Assembly: GCA_937903325.1 (NCBI GenBank)
Contig: CALCZR010000056.1
Coordinates: 64,451 to 128,450, forward strand
DNA from: an uncultured Candidatus Saccharibacteria bacterium
GTDB taxonomy: Bacteria; Patescibacteriota; Saccharimonadia; Saccharimonadales; AWTP1-31
Reading direction: 5' to 3'
Length of the DNA: 64,000 nucleotides
Part shown: positions 37,565-46,588 of the stretch, piece by piece
Layout of the letters: each line of letters opens with the position of its first letter
Position numbering within the stretch: the stretch's first letter is position 1
Translations under genes and position numbers: made by a program
The notes under the pieces: model-generated
What the model was told of the DNA's origin: nothing
Databases searched by the model: none
What the model saw: the letters and a program-made list of their open reading frames with translations, nothing else

Positions 37565-38604
37565 CAGTCGTGGTGTCCTTTATGGTCAGTCTTAGTGTGG
37601 AGTAATTTACCAGTATCAGATACAACTTCAACGAGTCGGTTGCTGTAGCCCCATTCATTGTCGTACCAAGCAACTACTTTAAGCATGTTGTCGCCAATAA
37701 CAGCTGTCAGCTTAAGGTCAACGGTTGCTGAGTGACTGTTACCAATGTAATCACTACTTACTAGTTCTTCTTCGCTGACGGCCAGAATACCTTGGTAGAA
37801 CGGCTCTTTAGCAGCTTTCTTGAAGACTTCGTTAACTGATTCAACAGTTACTGGCTTCTTGGTAATGATCACAAAGTCGCTGAGTGACACAACTGGGGTT
37901 GGAACACGCACACTCATACCACCAAAGATTCCCTTGAGGGCTGGTAGCGCCAGAGCGGCAGCCTTAGAGGCGCCGGTCGTGGTTGGCACAATGTTCTCAG
38001 CGGCATTACGGGCTTCACGGAGATCCTTAGCGGGAGCGTCCTGGAGCTTCTGGCTGGCAGTGTAGCTGTGGACAGTGGTCATCATAGCCTTGTCGATACC
38101 AAAGTGTTGCTCAATAACGGCAGCTACCGGAGTGATGCAGTTGGTCGTACATGAGGCGTTGCTAATAATGTCTTCAGCAGTTTCGAGCTTGTCCTCATTG
38201 ACGCCTAGCACGATGGTGGTGGCGCCCTCTCCCTTAACGGGACCAGAGATAACTACTTTATGTGCACCAGCATCAACATGGGCTTTAGCGAGGGCTGGGT
38301 CGGTGAAGAAACCAGTTGACTCAATAACGACATCAATTTTGAGTTCTTTCCACGGCAGTGCTGCTGGATCTTTCTCAGCCAGTACCTTAATCTTCTGCTT
38401 ATTGACGATGATGTTGGTGTCATCATACGTGACATCATGCTGGTAGGTACCATAGTTACTGTCGTACTTAAGTAGATGCGCCAAAGTCTTAGTGTCTGTT
38501 AGGTCATTAATAGCAACCAGCTCAATGTCAGATCGCTCAAAAGCTACTTTAAATGCATTGCGGCCAATGCGTCCGAATCCGTTAATTGCCACCCGTGTTT
38601 TCAT
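37564..38604 (-). CDS. gap: glyceraldehyde-3-phosphate dehydrogenase
   Basis: INGFGRIGR and the SCTTNC active site. Confidence 0.95.
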   Translation of the reverse strand: MKTRVAINGFGRIGRNAFKVAFERSDIELVAINDLTDTKTLAHLLKYDSNYGTYQHDVTYDDTNIIVNKQKIKVLAEKDPAALPWKELKIDVVIESTGFFTDPALAKAHVDAGAHKVVISGPVKGEGATTIVLGVNEDKLETAEDIISNASCTTNCITPVAAVIEQHFGIDKAMMTTVHSYTASQKLQDAPAKDLREARNAAENIVPTTTGASKAAALALPALKGIFGGMSVRVPTPVVSLSDFVIITKKPVTVESVNEVFKKAAKEPFYQGILAVSEEELVSSDYIGNSHSATVDLKLTAVIGDNMLKVVAWYDNEWGYSNRLVEVVSDTGKLLHTKTDHKGHHD

Positions 38605-38696
38605 TATGTTACCCTCTTAGAAATTACTGTCTACCTCAAGCATAACCGATTCCTGGTATCTCCGCAACGCACCTCTGTGCTAAGCTTGAAGTAACT

Positions 38697-39869
38697 ATGA
38701 AAAAACAGCTAGAACGGAACATCCGTTTGTATGGTGTTCTTAAGATATTTACTAAACGTGTCTTCTTGCCGCTCACTACTATATATCTTGCTGAAGTAGC
38801 GGGCCTGACGCTTAAACAAATAGGTCTTCTGGCTAGTCTGAGCGCTGTTATTTCGTTCCTTGCAGACGTGCCAACTGGATACTTTGCTGACCGAGCTGGT
38901 AGACGTGCTTCATTAATAGCGGCAGCAAGTCTGGCTATGCTTGCTGCTTTAACCTATGCCGTTTTCCCAAGTGTTACTGGGGTTATTGTAGCTGTTGTGC
39001 TTGAATCGCTAGCATACTCGTTCTTAAGCGGATCTAGTGAAGCCCTTATGCACGATACTCTCCGTGAACTAAATAGAATAGATGACTATCCTAAAATTGT
39101 CGGAAGATCACAATCTATTGGGCTAATTGGTAATACGCTTCTTGTATTGCTGGTGCCATTGACCTATCCGATTAACCCCAGACTCCCGTTCCTTATAGGA
39201 GCACTTTGTTACTTTTTGCTCTTATTAGTTGTGCTGAGCATGCATGAACCTGTTCGCCCAAAGGCTGGCAAGCATACGCTTATCAAAGACCTGTCTAGTA
39301 GTCTTAGGCTATTCGTAAGTAGATATACACTCCTTGTCTTCTTGGCTATTGGGGTTATTGGCGGCCTGAATGGTGCTACGGATTTCCTTAATCTTTCATT
39401 AAAGGACATGGGACTTAATCCAAGTCATATGGGTGTGGCATATGTTGGCGGTAGTATCCTAGGAATTATTGGAGGCTACTTTATTCATTTGTTCCGACGT
39501 ACCAGCCTCAGAACTTTTATACTCATTGACCTGTTGACGTCTGTGGCTCAAATGGGTGTAATAGGCGTAACTAGGAATCTCTGGTTGTCTATACTGTTCT
39601 TTTGGATTAACTTAGGCTTCTTTAGACTTAGAGACATTATGTACCAGTATCACCTACTCAATGTCTTTAAAGGGAGCGAGTATAAGGCGACACTTATATC
39701 TGTTTTGTCTGTATTCAAGCGTGCTAACGAGATCTGGATACCGCTAGTTTTCACTGTGGTCATTAGTGGTCTTGGATACTACCAAGGCTTTACGGTATTA
39801 GCAGTAGCTCTCGTAGTAGTAGTCTCACCTATGATTACTATAGGGAGCAAGATTCTAGAAAAACGTTAA
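38697..39869 (+). CDS. MFS transporter
   Basis: 390 aa, multi-TM, with the GYFADRAGRR loop motif between TM2 and TM3. Confidence 0.75.
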   Translation: MKKQLERNIRLYGVLKIFTKRVFLPLTTIYLAEVAGLTLKQIGLLASLSAVISFLADVPTGYFADRAGRRASLIAAASLAMLAALTYAVFPSVTGVIVAVVLESLAYSFLSGSSEALMHDTLRELNRIDDYPKIVGRSQSIGLIGNTLLVLLVPLTYPINPRLPFLIGALCYFLLLLVVLSMHEPVRPKAGKHTLIKDLSSSLRLFVSRYTLLVFLAIGVIGGLNGATDFLNLSLKDMGLNPSHMGVAYVGGSILGIIGGYFIHLFRRTSLRTFILIDLLTSVAQMGVIGVTRNLWLSILFFWINLGFFRLRDIMYQYHLLNVFKGSEYKATLISVLSVFKRANEIWIPLVFTVVISGLGYYQGFTVLAVALVVVVSPMITIGSKILEKR

Positions 39870-39895
39870 AGGTGGAGTATTAAATAGGGAGCAGC

Positions 39896-40822
39896 TTAGT
39901 TGGCTTTCTCTTGGTCGGCTTTGATAATTTCTTTGCGTAACCACATTCTATCTGCCTGGGCCACGTCACCACTGAATTCTACGCCCAGAAGGTTGCTGAC
40001 CCACTCTTGCACAAGCTTGTCGTCAGACAGCAAATAGCTAGCACCATCTTTAAGGCTGATTAGATTCATACACCACTGTGGCTTTAGAGCTTTGAGCGCA
40101 TCACGCATGACCATACTCTCGCGATCAATAAACTCTTGACCATCCCACAGCACAAGTTGACCGAGGCTTACGGGATGTTCGAAAGTCTGGAACGGCACAA
40201 TCTTGGTATCACCAGCGATTGCCCCAGTCACGTCCTGTTCAATGGTTTGCTGACATTCCTTAAAGTAGGCCTCAATCCACGACTCATCTATGCTTGCGAC
40301 TTTGGATAATTCTCTGAATGCCTCGTGATCACGTTCAGTTGTTATCTTGGCCCCAAAGTTTAGTGTATTGTCCAAGATACCTGCTACTAGCAGTTCTGCA
40401 CTACCCTTGCTCATCTCTGCAAGTTTTCCGCTTTGCTGCCATAGTTCGTATACGAGGGTACAGGCTGCACCGACAAACTCAATATGCGCCTCTTCGCCAA
40501 TCTGGTCTTCCCAACGTTGTTCAAATCCTACATGGTGATCAATAATTGTTGCTACTCGTCCAACGTCTACGAAAGTATCAAAATATCCTTCGTCGGACAC
40601 ATCCACCAATGTAAAACGATCATCCGGTCTTGGATCATATTCACGCGTAAATTGTGACGCAGCATCAAAGAGATGTGGGGTGATGCTCTCATTGATTGGC
40701 GCCGTGCTAACGGCTAAGGCATCTTGTCCCTGTGCTCTTAGCAGTTCCGCATATGCAACGGCACCGCCGAATGCATCAACATCAACATACGGCGCACCGG
40801 CCGTAACAATAACTCTACTCAC
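39896..40822 (-). CDS. DHH/DHHA2-family phosphoesterase
   Basis: YVDVDAFGG (DxD) and IIDHHVG (DHH). The GTG start overlaps the ppa TAG by 1 nt. Confidence 0.75.
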   Translation of the reverse strand: MSRVIVTAGAPYVDVDAFGGAVAYAELLRAQGQDALAVSTAPINESITPHLFDAASQFTREYDPRPDDRFTLVDVSDEGYFDTFVDVGRVATIIDHHVGFEQRWEDQIGEEAHIEFVGAACTLVYELWQQSGKLAEMSKGSAELLVAGILDNTLNFGAKITTERDHEAFRELSKVASIDESWIEAYFKECQQTIEQDVTGAIAGDTKIVPFQTFEHPVSLGQLVLWDGQEFIDRESMVMRDALKALKPQWCMNLISLKDGASYLLSDDKLVQEWVSNLLGVEFSGDVAQADRMWLRKEIIKADQEKAN

Positions 40823-41355
40823 TATGCTTCTTTAGTCCAACGTTCCTGACACTCTTTAATAGTAGCTTTGGCGTCATCTATGCTGCCAAAACCAAGAACC
40901 TTAGTACTACCAGGCTTTTTGAGATCTTTGTAGTGAGTGAAGTGGTGTTCAATTTGCTTGAGCCACTGTTCTGGAAGGTCCTTCAGAGTCTTGATAGCGT
41001 CGCCCGTGTGGCGGTTGTCTGCTGGTACAACGATCACCTTGTGATCCATCTCTGCGTCATCTTCGAAGTTCATAATGCCGATAACACGTGCTTCGAGCGC
41101 AACACCTGTTGGAATTGGTTCGTCACATACGAGCAAAATGTCTAGTTCGTCACCATCTTCGTCCAGCGTCTGCGGGATAAAACCGTAGTTGCATGGCTTT
41201 GCAAAGATAGCCGGTTCGACACGGTCTAGTTCAAAAATAGCCTTCTTGCGGTTCCACTCAATCTTGAGGGTAGAGCCCATAGGAATCTCAGTAACTACAT
41301 TAATAATGCCAGCGTCTACGTCACCAGCGTCTAGAATTTGATTGAAGTCTGCCAT
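40822..41355 (-). CDS. ppa: inorganic pyrophosphatase (family I)
   Basis: YGFIPQTLDEDGDELDILLV. The ATG at 41355 is preceded by AAAGGAGAG. Confidence 0.9.
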   Translation of the reverse strand: MADFNQILDAGDVDAGIINVVTEIPMGSTLKIEWNRKKAIFELDRVEPAIFAKPCNYGFIPQTLDEDGDELDILLVCDEPIPTGVALEARVIGIMNFEDDAEMDHKVIVVPADNRHTGDAIKTLKDLPEQWLKQIEHHFTHYKDLKKPGSTKVLGFGSIDDAKATIKECQERWTKEA

Positions 41356-41410
41356 TATCTCTCCTTTGTTGGTCATTCTAATCAGTTATATTGTACACTA
41401 CTAGATAAGT

Positions 41411-42109
41411 ATGAGGATTATAGCTCACCGCGGCGCCAAAGGATTGGCTCCAGAAAACACCATCGCCAGTATAAAAGCTGGTGCTAAAACCAAAGCAGAT
41501 GCTATTGAGTTTGACGTCCGCGTCTCTTCTGACGGCAAGTTGGTACTGTCTCACGACGCATCCTTGAAGCGCACACACGGAGTCAAAAAGAAGGTCCATG
41601 ACATGAAGGCTTCTGAGATAAAGAAGATCCAATCTGCTGAGGGACATGGAGTACCTACCTTAGAGGAAGCCATGCAAGCTGCAGGCAACAAAGCGCTGTT
41701 TATTGAAGGTAAGCGTGAGACATGGGCAGAACCACTGGCTAAGGCGCTCAAGAAGCATCCAAACCGCAAAAACCTAACTGTTATCTCTTTTGACCACCAA
41801 GCCCTGGACCGCTTTTCAGACCTGTGTCCGGATATCCCGGTATATGTGCTTGAGCACCGCAATGCCCTGGATGCTATTAACGCCGCACGGCTATACGGCT
41901 TTAACGGTATAGACGTGAATTTCTGGACCCTCAACCCCCTTGCCTACTGGCTGGCTAAACGCCACAAGCTCGAGATTATCGTCTACACCGTCAACAAGCC
42001 GTGGCAAGCGCGTCTGCTCCGCAAGTTGTATCCAGATGTTGACATCACTACTGACCATCCGCACCAGATGGAATTCCTGAAAACCCCCAAAGTGTCCAAA
42101 GCCGTATGA
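41411..42109 (+). CDS. glycerophosphodiester phosphodiesterase
   Basis: MRIIAHRGAKGLAPENT...IEFDVRVSSDGKLVLSHD. Confidence 0.85.
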   Translation: MRIIAHRGAKGLAPENTIASIKAGAKTKADAIEFDVRVSSDGKLVLSHDASLKRTHGVKKKVHDMKASEIKKIQSAEGHGVPTLEEAMQAAGNKALFIEGKRETWAEPLAKALKKHPNRKNLTVISFDHQALDRFSDLCPDIPVYVLEHRNALDAINAARLYGFNGIDVNFWTLNPLAYWLAKRHKLEIIVYTVNKPWQARLLRKLYPDVDITTDHPHQMEFLKTPKVSKAV

Positions 42110-42780
42110 TCGCCACCCTGCACCACGTAGTGGATGAAACACCTGTTATCCGCACCTTCTTCTTTAAATCCGAAAGGCCTTTGCGCTACGTTGCTGGACA
42201 ATTCATCGAGTTAACGCTGCCACACGCTGACCCAGACGACCGTGGTACACGACGCTGGTTCACGCTATCTTCCGCACCAAGCCACGAACTTATTAGTATA
42301 ACTACCAAACACGCCGAGAAACCTAGTACCTTTAAACAGAAGCTGTGGTCACTTGAGCCTGGAGATACGGTAGACATTAGCGAGCCCATGGGTGACTTTG
42401 TGTTACCCAAGGACTCAACCCAGCCGCTGGTCTGGATCGCTGGCGGTCTTGGTATTACTCCATTCCACTCCATTGTGCAGTGGCTGCAAGACACAAAGCA
42501 GACCAGAAAGATCCAGTTCCTGTACAGCGTGCATAGCGAAGAAGAGTTTGCATTCAAGACTAGCTGGGAGCAGTCGTATATAGATGCGCAGTATTTTATT
42601 GGTAAGCCCAATCTCACAGCTAATGAGATAGTAGAACTTGTTAGTGGGATAGACGGCAAACAGGTCTTTATATCTGGGCCGGAACCTATGACCGAAGCTA
42701 TTGTGGAGCAATTCAAGAAAGAATACGGGATGACTCAAGATCAGTTGATTACTGACTACTTCCCTGGCTACGCATCATAG
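42106..42780 (+). CDS. FNR-like FAD/NAD(P)-binding oxidoreductase
   Basis: RRWFTLSS (RxYS-type FAD motif) and GGLGITPF. ATGA overlap with glpQ. Confidence 0.75.
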   Translation: MIATLHHVVDETPVIRTFFFKSERPLRYVAGQFIELTLPHADPDDRGTRRWFTLSSAPSHELISITTKHAEKPSTFKQKLWSLEPGDTVDISEPMGDFVLPKDSTQPLVWIAGGLGITPFHSIVQWLQDTKQTRKIQFLYSVHSEEEFAFKTSWEQSYIDAQYFIGKPNLTANEIVELVSGIDGKQVFISGPEPMTEAIVEQFKKEYGMTQDQLITDYFPGYAS

Positions 42781-42808
42781 TCTCAATACATAATTTTGTA
42801 AAACAAGC

Positions 42809-42814
42809 TATAAT
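42809..42814 (+). promoter_or_regulatory. -10 TATAAT, 8 nt before ATG (leaderless candidate)
   Basis: TATAAT-gttacatt-ATG. Confidence 0.4.
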
Positions 42815-42822
42815 GTTACATT

Positions 42823-43656
42823 ATGTATCGTATTGAATCGGCATATTGGGCCGCAGATGCAAGTCGCGCCCTTGTGACTAGACGAAGTAGATTGTGGTAT
42901 GCTCGAGTATTCGGCGTCCCCAAAGATGCTGTTACTCTGGATATTGGTGCCGGTCTGACTAGAAATCGTCCGGATAACTTCGTTAGTTTTGACTATTTGT
43001 ATGCACGTGCTCGAATTCCAGCTCCTGATTCTCCACTAATTCGAACACTCCTGTCACGCGCGCCCGTGCACAAAGGTCAACTAATAGAAGGTCAAGAAAT
43101 ACCTGGATCACGAAATATTGGCGGTCTAGCTCAGGCTTTGCCATTTCGGAGTGAGTCGTTCGACCGGACCATTGCTAGTTATTCTTTACTGCATGTCGAC
43201 GATGGGCTCGAAGTTTCCTTAGCCGAGATAATGAGAGTGACCAAAACAGGGGGATATATCCAAATCGCACCTGGACATAAACGTCTGAAGGCACGGAAGG
43301 AGGCAAAAATGCTTGAAAGTCAGCAGCGAGCATTCAAGAGACGTCCCTTGCCTGGCATTACTACGATTAGCCTTGTTGCTTCAAGTGTTAACGAAATTGC
43401 AGAAAGCGTGTCCGCTAATCTACTAGACCATGATATTACTATGCCAGGCGTGTTAAAGGTAGTCGGGACGACGGCACTCATGGGTGCTCTCACAACCGGT
43501 ATCCGTTTCTTTACCGACCCTTCTGTACTAGTGATAAGTCGTGGACCTGAACTCTCTGAACCAGCTACAAGAGAGCAATTTGCACAAGAGTTGGTGTCTG
43601 CCTACAACATCAATCTAGCTGCTGCTTCATGTGATCAAGATGCTCTCGGATCATAA
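42823..43656 (+). CDS. putative class I SAM-dependent methyltransferase
   Basis: LDIGAGLT, ALPFRSESFDRTIASYSLLHV, MRVTKTGGYIQIAP. Confidence 0.55.
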   Translation: MYRIESAYWAADASRALVTRRSRLWYARVFGVPKDAVTLDIGAGLTRNRPDNFVSFDYLYARARIPAPDSPLIRTLLSRAPVHKGQLIEGQEIPGSRNIGGLAQALPFRSESFDRTIASYSLLHVDDGLEVSLAEIMRVTKTGGYIQIAPGHKRLKARKEAKMLESQQRAFKRRPLPGITTISLVASSVNEIAESVSANLLDHDITMPGVLKVVGTTALMGALTTGIRFFTDPSVLVISRGPELSEPATREQFAQELVSAYNINLAAASCDQDALGS

Positions 43657-44587
43657 GTGCTGCCGTTGCACCTTCACCAGTAGCACTGGCGATCTGCATG
43701 GTTGCTCCGCTGCGGACATCACCAGCGGCGTAGACACCCTTCATGGTGGTCTGGAGCTCTTTGTTGGTCTTGATAAGACCAATGCTATCGAGCTCTACTT
43801 TACTATCTTGTAGGAACTTGGTGTTAGGGTCTAGTCCTACAAAGATAAAGACACCGTCAGTATCGAACTTCACTTTCTTGCCTGTCGTGGTGTGCGTGCT
43901 GTCTACATGCGTAACCATACCGGTATCGTTACCAACAATAGCGTCAGTCGTGTGATTGAGATGTACAGAGATCTTGTCCTTGTGTCTGCCAAGTTCTTTG
44001 ACCAGAACTTCACTTGCTCGGAACGTGTCTCCTCGGACAAGCAGGTCAATGTGAGAGGCAAAACGAGTTAGGAAGATAGCTTCTTGTACGGCTGAGTTTC
44101 CGCCACCAACAACCACGAGTCTCTTATCACGGTAGAAGGCGCCGTCGCAGGTCGCACAATAGTGGACACCACGAGCGTAATATTCTTGCTCGCCCGGCAC
44201 GCCAATTTTCTTGTAGTCACTGCCAGTAGCAATAAGAATAGCCTTTGCCTTGATTTCCCCGCTCGTGGTATCCAGTACCTTGTACTTGCCCTCAGACTTA
44301 ATGCTCAGGACCTCGCCTAGTTCAATAACAGCCCCAAAGCGTTCTGCTTGCAAGCGCAGCTTATCTGCAAGCTCTAGTCCGGCTACGCCTTCTGGAAAGC
44401 CGGGATAGTTATCTACCCAGTCGGTAATAGCCGCCAGGCCGCCAATAACGCCTTTTTCGAATAGCAAGGTCGTTATGTCCTCACGAGTGGTATAGACGGC
44501 TGCACTGAGGGCTGCAGGACCGGCCCCGATCATAACTACATCCCAAACCTTATGTGCACCTGCATCTAATACTTTCTCTTCAGCCAT
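43610..44587 (-). CDS. trxB: thioredoxin-disulfide reductase
   Basis: IGAGPAALSAAVY, redox CATCDG, GGGNSAVQEA. Confidence 0.9.
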   Translation of the reverse strand: MAEEKVLDAGAHKVWDVVMIGAGPAALSAAVYTTREDITTLLFEKGVIGGLAAITDWVDNYPGFPEGVAGLELADKLRLQAERFGAVIELGEVLSIKSEGKYKVLDTTSGEIKAKAILIATGSDYKKIGVPGEQEYYARGVHYCATCDGAFYRDKRLVVVGGGNSAVQEAIFLTRFASHIDLLVRGDTFRASEVLVKELGRHKDKISVHLNHTTDAIVGNDTGMVTHVDSTHTTTGKKVKFDTDGVFIFVGLDPNTKFLQDSKVELDSIGLIKTNKELQTTMKGVYAAGDVRSGATMQIASATGEGATAALMIREHLDHMKQQLD

Positions 44588-44720
44588 AATGTCCCTTACT
44601 TCTTTACTATATCTATCTTAGTGTACACATAGTCCTGATACAAGAAAGAGGCTCTTTAGTAAATAAGGAACCTCTTTTGTTAATCGAATGCTATGTTGCT
44701 ATTTAACGCTTGTATTGCTC

Positions 44721-44990
44721 TTACGAAACAGCAGGAGCGAGTTTAGCCAAGTTGTATCCAACCACTATCTCTCGTGAATCATCTTCTTTAGTGATGACCG
44801 TTACTGGCACGGCCAGTTGGCCACTCATTTCAAAAGCATCTTTTTGGCGCTCTGGATGTTCATCAAGATTCACTTCGTTATAGCTATGACCTTTAGCGCC
44901 CAACCACTTCTTTACCATGACGCAATATGCGCACGTGTTGGTCGTGAAAATTGTAATATCCTTTGCCACTTTGATGCTCCCTTCGGTCAT
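44721..44990 (-). CDS. glutaredoxin/NrdH-like small redoxin
   Basis: 89 aa with ITIFTTNTCAYCVMVKKWL (CxxC). Confidence 0.8.
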   Translation of the reverse strand: MTEGSIKVAKDITIFTTNTCAYCVMVKKWLGAKGHSYNEVNLDEHPERQKDAFEMSGQLAVPVTVITKEDDSREIVVGYNLAKLAPAVS

Positions 44991-45101
44991 TTGACCGTTA
45001 TTGTTTAGTTTTTGTTTGTGAGGTTACTTCATTATAGCTAGCGTAAGCAGTATGAGTCAAGACACCATATATTGTGTTTTTGACAGCTTTTTGGGCCTTA
45101 T

Positions 45102-45668
45102 CTACTTGTTAATGCTAACGAGCTCTACGTCGAAAACGAGGTCTGAGTTTGCTGGAATGCCCGACTGCGCTTGGTCTTTGTATGCCTTAGCTGCAGGAAT
45201 AACAAGACGACGCTTTCCACCGGCTTTCATACCTGGAATGCCTTCGATCCAACCGTCGATAAGCTGACCTTGGCTTAGTTGTGCGGTGAACGGCTGACCA
45301 GAATCGTGTGAACTCTGGAAGATAACGCCGGTAGCAACTAATGCACCAGTATAGTGCGCAGTGAAGTTGTCACCTACTTTAATTTCGTCTCCGGTGCCTT
45401 CTACAAGATCAGTCTTCTGTATGTCATTGACTTTTTCACCTGGTGTGAAATCTGCTAATTTAGTTCCTTCCAATTTACCCTCCGTGCTCTCTTTTTCACT
45501 TGTATCATTACTATTCGTTTTATTTAACGCTGTCTCAGCTGCTTTGTTGCGCCGGTTCTCTTGGTGCATTTCCCATATTACCAAGCCGCTGAATCCTAAT
45601 GATGTGACGAGAAACAGTAGTGCTAAGGCAATCGCAGCAATACGGTGACTCATTTTGGTATCAGACAT
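45102..45668 (-). CDS. FKBP-type peptidyl-prolyl cis-trans isomerase, membrane-anchored/secreted
   Basis: N-terminal TM, then HYTGALVATGVIFQSS...GWIEGIPGMKAGGKRRLVIP...LVFDVELV. Confidence 0.85.
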   Translation of the reverse strand: MSDTKMSHRIAAIALALLFLVTSLGFSGLVIWEMHQENRRNKAAETALNKTNSNDTSEKESTEGKLEGTKLADFTPGEKVNDIQKTDLVEGTGDEIKVGDNFTAHYTGALVATGVIFQSSHDSGQPFTAQLSQGQLIDGWIEGIPGMKAGGKRRLVIPAAKAYKDQAQSGIPANSDLVFDVELVSINK

Positions 45669-45743
45669 ACTTCCCCTCTATCAATTACAAAACCAGTATA
45701 TCAGAGCTACGTCTAAGCATCCGTTGTATATTTATGCTCGTTA

Positions 45744-46193
45744 CTAGACGTCGGCTTTAAACTTCTGAAGTTCTTCTGGGAATCCATCTCGTACGTGCTT
45801 CAAGATCTTGGTGCGCAGCTTCGCTGGTACAAACGGCACGTCATCCAGCTTATCGAGCGGCAACCACATGGGGGTGTAGATGTTCTGGCCACCCTGGTTA
45901 ATCTTGCGCTCATCAGCATCCGGATGGAGCATAGGGACACCGGAGATGTATTCACAGAGATATATATACTGCGTGCCATATGGTTCTACGGCGTCTTCTA
46001 TATACACTAGTCGGGGATTGGCGATACGAACCATGGTTTCTTCGTGTACTTCACGCAGTAGGGCCTTCTCGAAGCCCTCACCAAGTTCTACATGACCTCC
46101 AATAAGGGTGTAGTACTGCTTACCAAACTTGTCCCGCTTCATGACCAGCAGATTGTCGTCTTCGATAATAATGGCGCGTACAGCAGTCTTCAT
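45744..46193 (-). CDS. NUDIX hydrolase
   Basis: Nudix box GGHVELGEGFEKALLREVHEETMV. Confidence 0.85.
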   Translation of the reverse strand: MKTAVRAIIIEDDNLLVMKRDKFGKQYYTLIGGHVELGEGFEKALLREVHEETMVRIANPRLVYIEDAVEPYGTQYIYLCEYISGVPMLHPDADERKINQGGQNIYTPMWLPLDKLDDVPFVPAKLRTKILKHVRDGFPEELQKFKADV

Positions 46194-46199
46194 ATCTCT

Positions 46200-46205
46200 A
46201 GTATA
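46200..46205 (-). promoter_or_regulatory. -10 TATACT, 6 nt before nudix ATG (leaderless candidate)
   Basis: Minus strand: TATACTAGAGATATG, identical to the 15-mer at rmuC. Confidence 0.45.
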
Positions 46206-46246
46206 GAACGAACTTGAATGAAAGTCGCAAATATTACATTAAGGTG

Positions 46247-46252
46247 TATTAT
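46247..46252 (+). promoter_or_regulatory. -10-like TATTAT, 6 nt before ATG 46259
   Basis: TATTAT-attttt-ATG. Confidence 0.35.
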
Positions 46253-46258
46253 ATTTTT

Positions 46259-46588
46259 ATGTCTTCACCAGAATCTTCATCAGAGAAAGTAGTCCGAGCA
46301 TCAGAGGATGCACGTCGACCAGGTGTTCTTAAGCTTGGTCTTACAGGCCTCGCCCTAGCCAATGCTCTTATATATGGAAGGTCCGCATCCGTGCATCATC
46401 AGGTGTCTCAGGATGAACGCGTTCCACAACTAGTGCGTGACGGGCATGCTCGAGCAGAGAGGTCTGATTTAGTTACCGCTGGGATTACTGGCGGCCTCGG
46501 GCTGGTAGGGTTGGTCGTCAATACCGTACCAGTATTCCTAGGTCGAAGAGAAGAAGAGATTGCTACCCCGCCAACTCAAACTCCTTAA
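46259..46588 (+). CDS. hypothetical small membrane protein
   Basis: 109 aa from the ATG at 46259, with two hydrophobic segments (LKLGLTGLALANALIYG, ITGGLGLVGLVVNTVPVFL). The 3' end overlaps the convergent ABC gene by 26 nt. Confidence 0.35.
   Translation: MSSPESSSEKVVRASEDARRPGVLKLGLTGLALANALIYGRSASVHHQVSQDERVPQLVRDGHARAERSDLVTAGITGGLGLVGLVVNTVPVFLGRREEEIATPPTQTP

Noticed and set aside
42106-42109. Possibility of an alternative genetic code (UGA recoded, as in some CPR lineages)
   Set aside because: TGA terminates glpQ at the normal protein length within an ATGA overlap, and also ends gap (TGATG with rpiB). All conserved proteins are full length under code 11.
42186-42716. 176-aa minus-strand ORF inside the FNR-like gene
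   Set aside because: The plus-strand frame carries the RxYS and GGxGxxP motifs and an ATGA coupling to glpQ, so the antisense frame is rejected.
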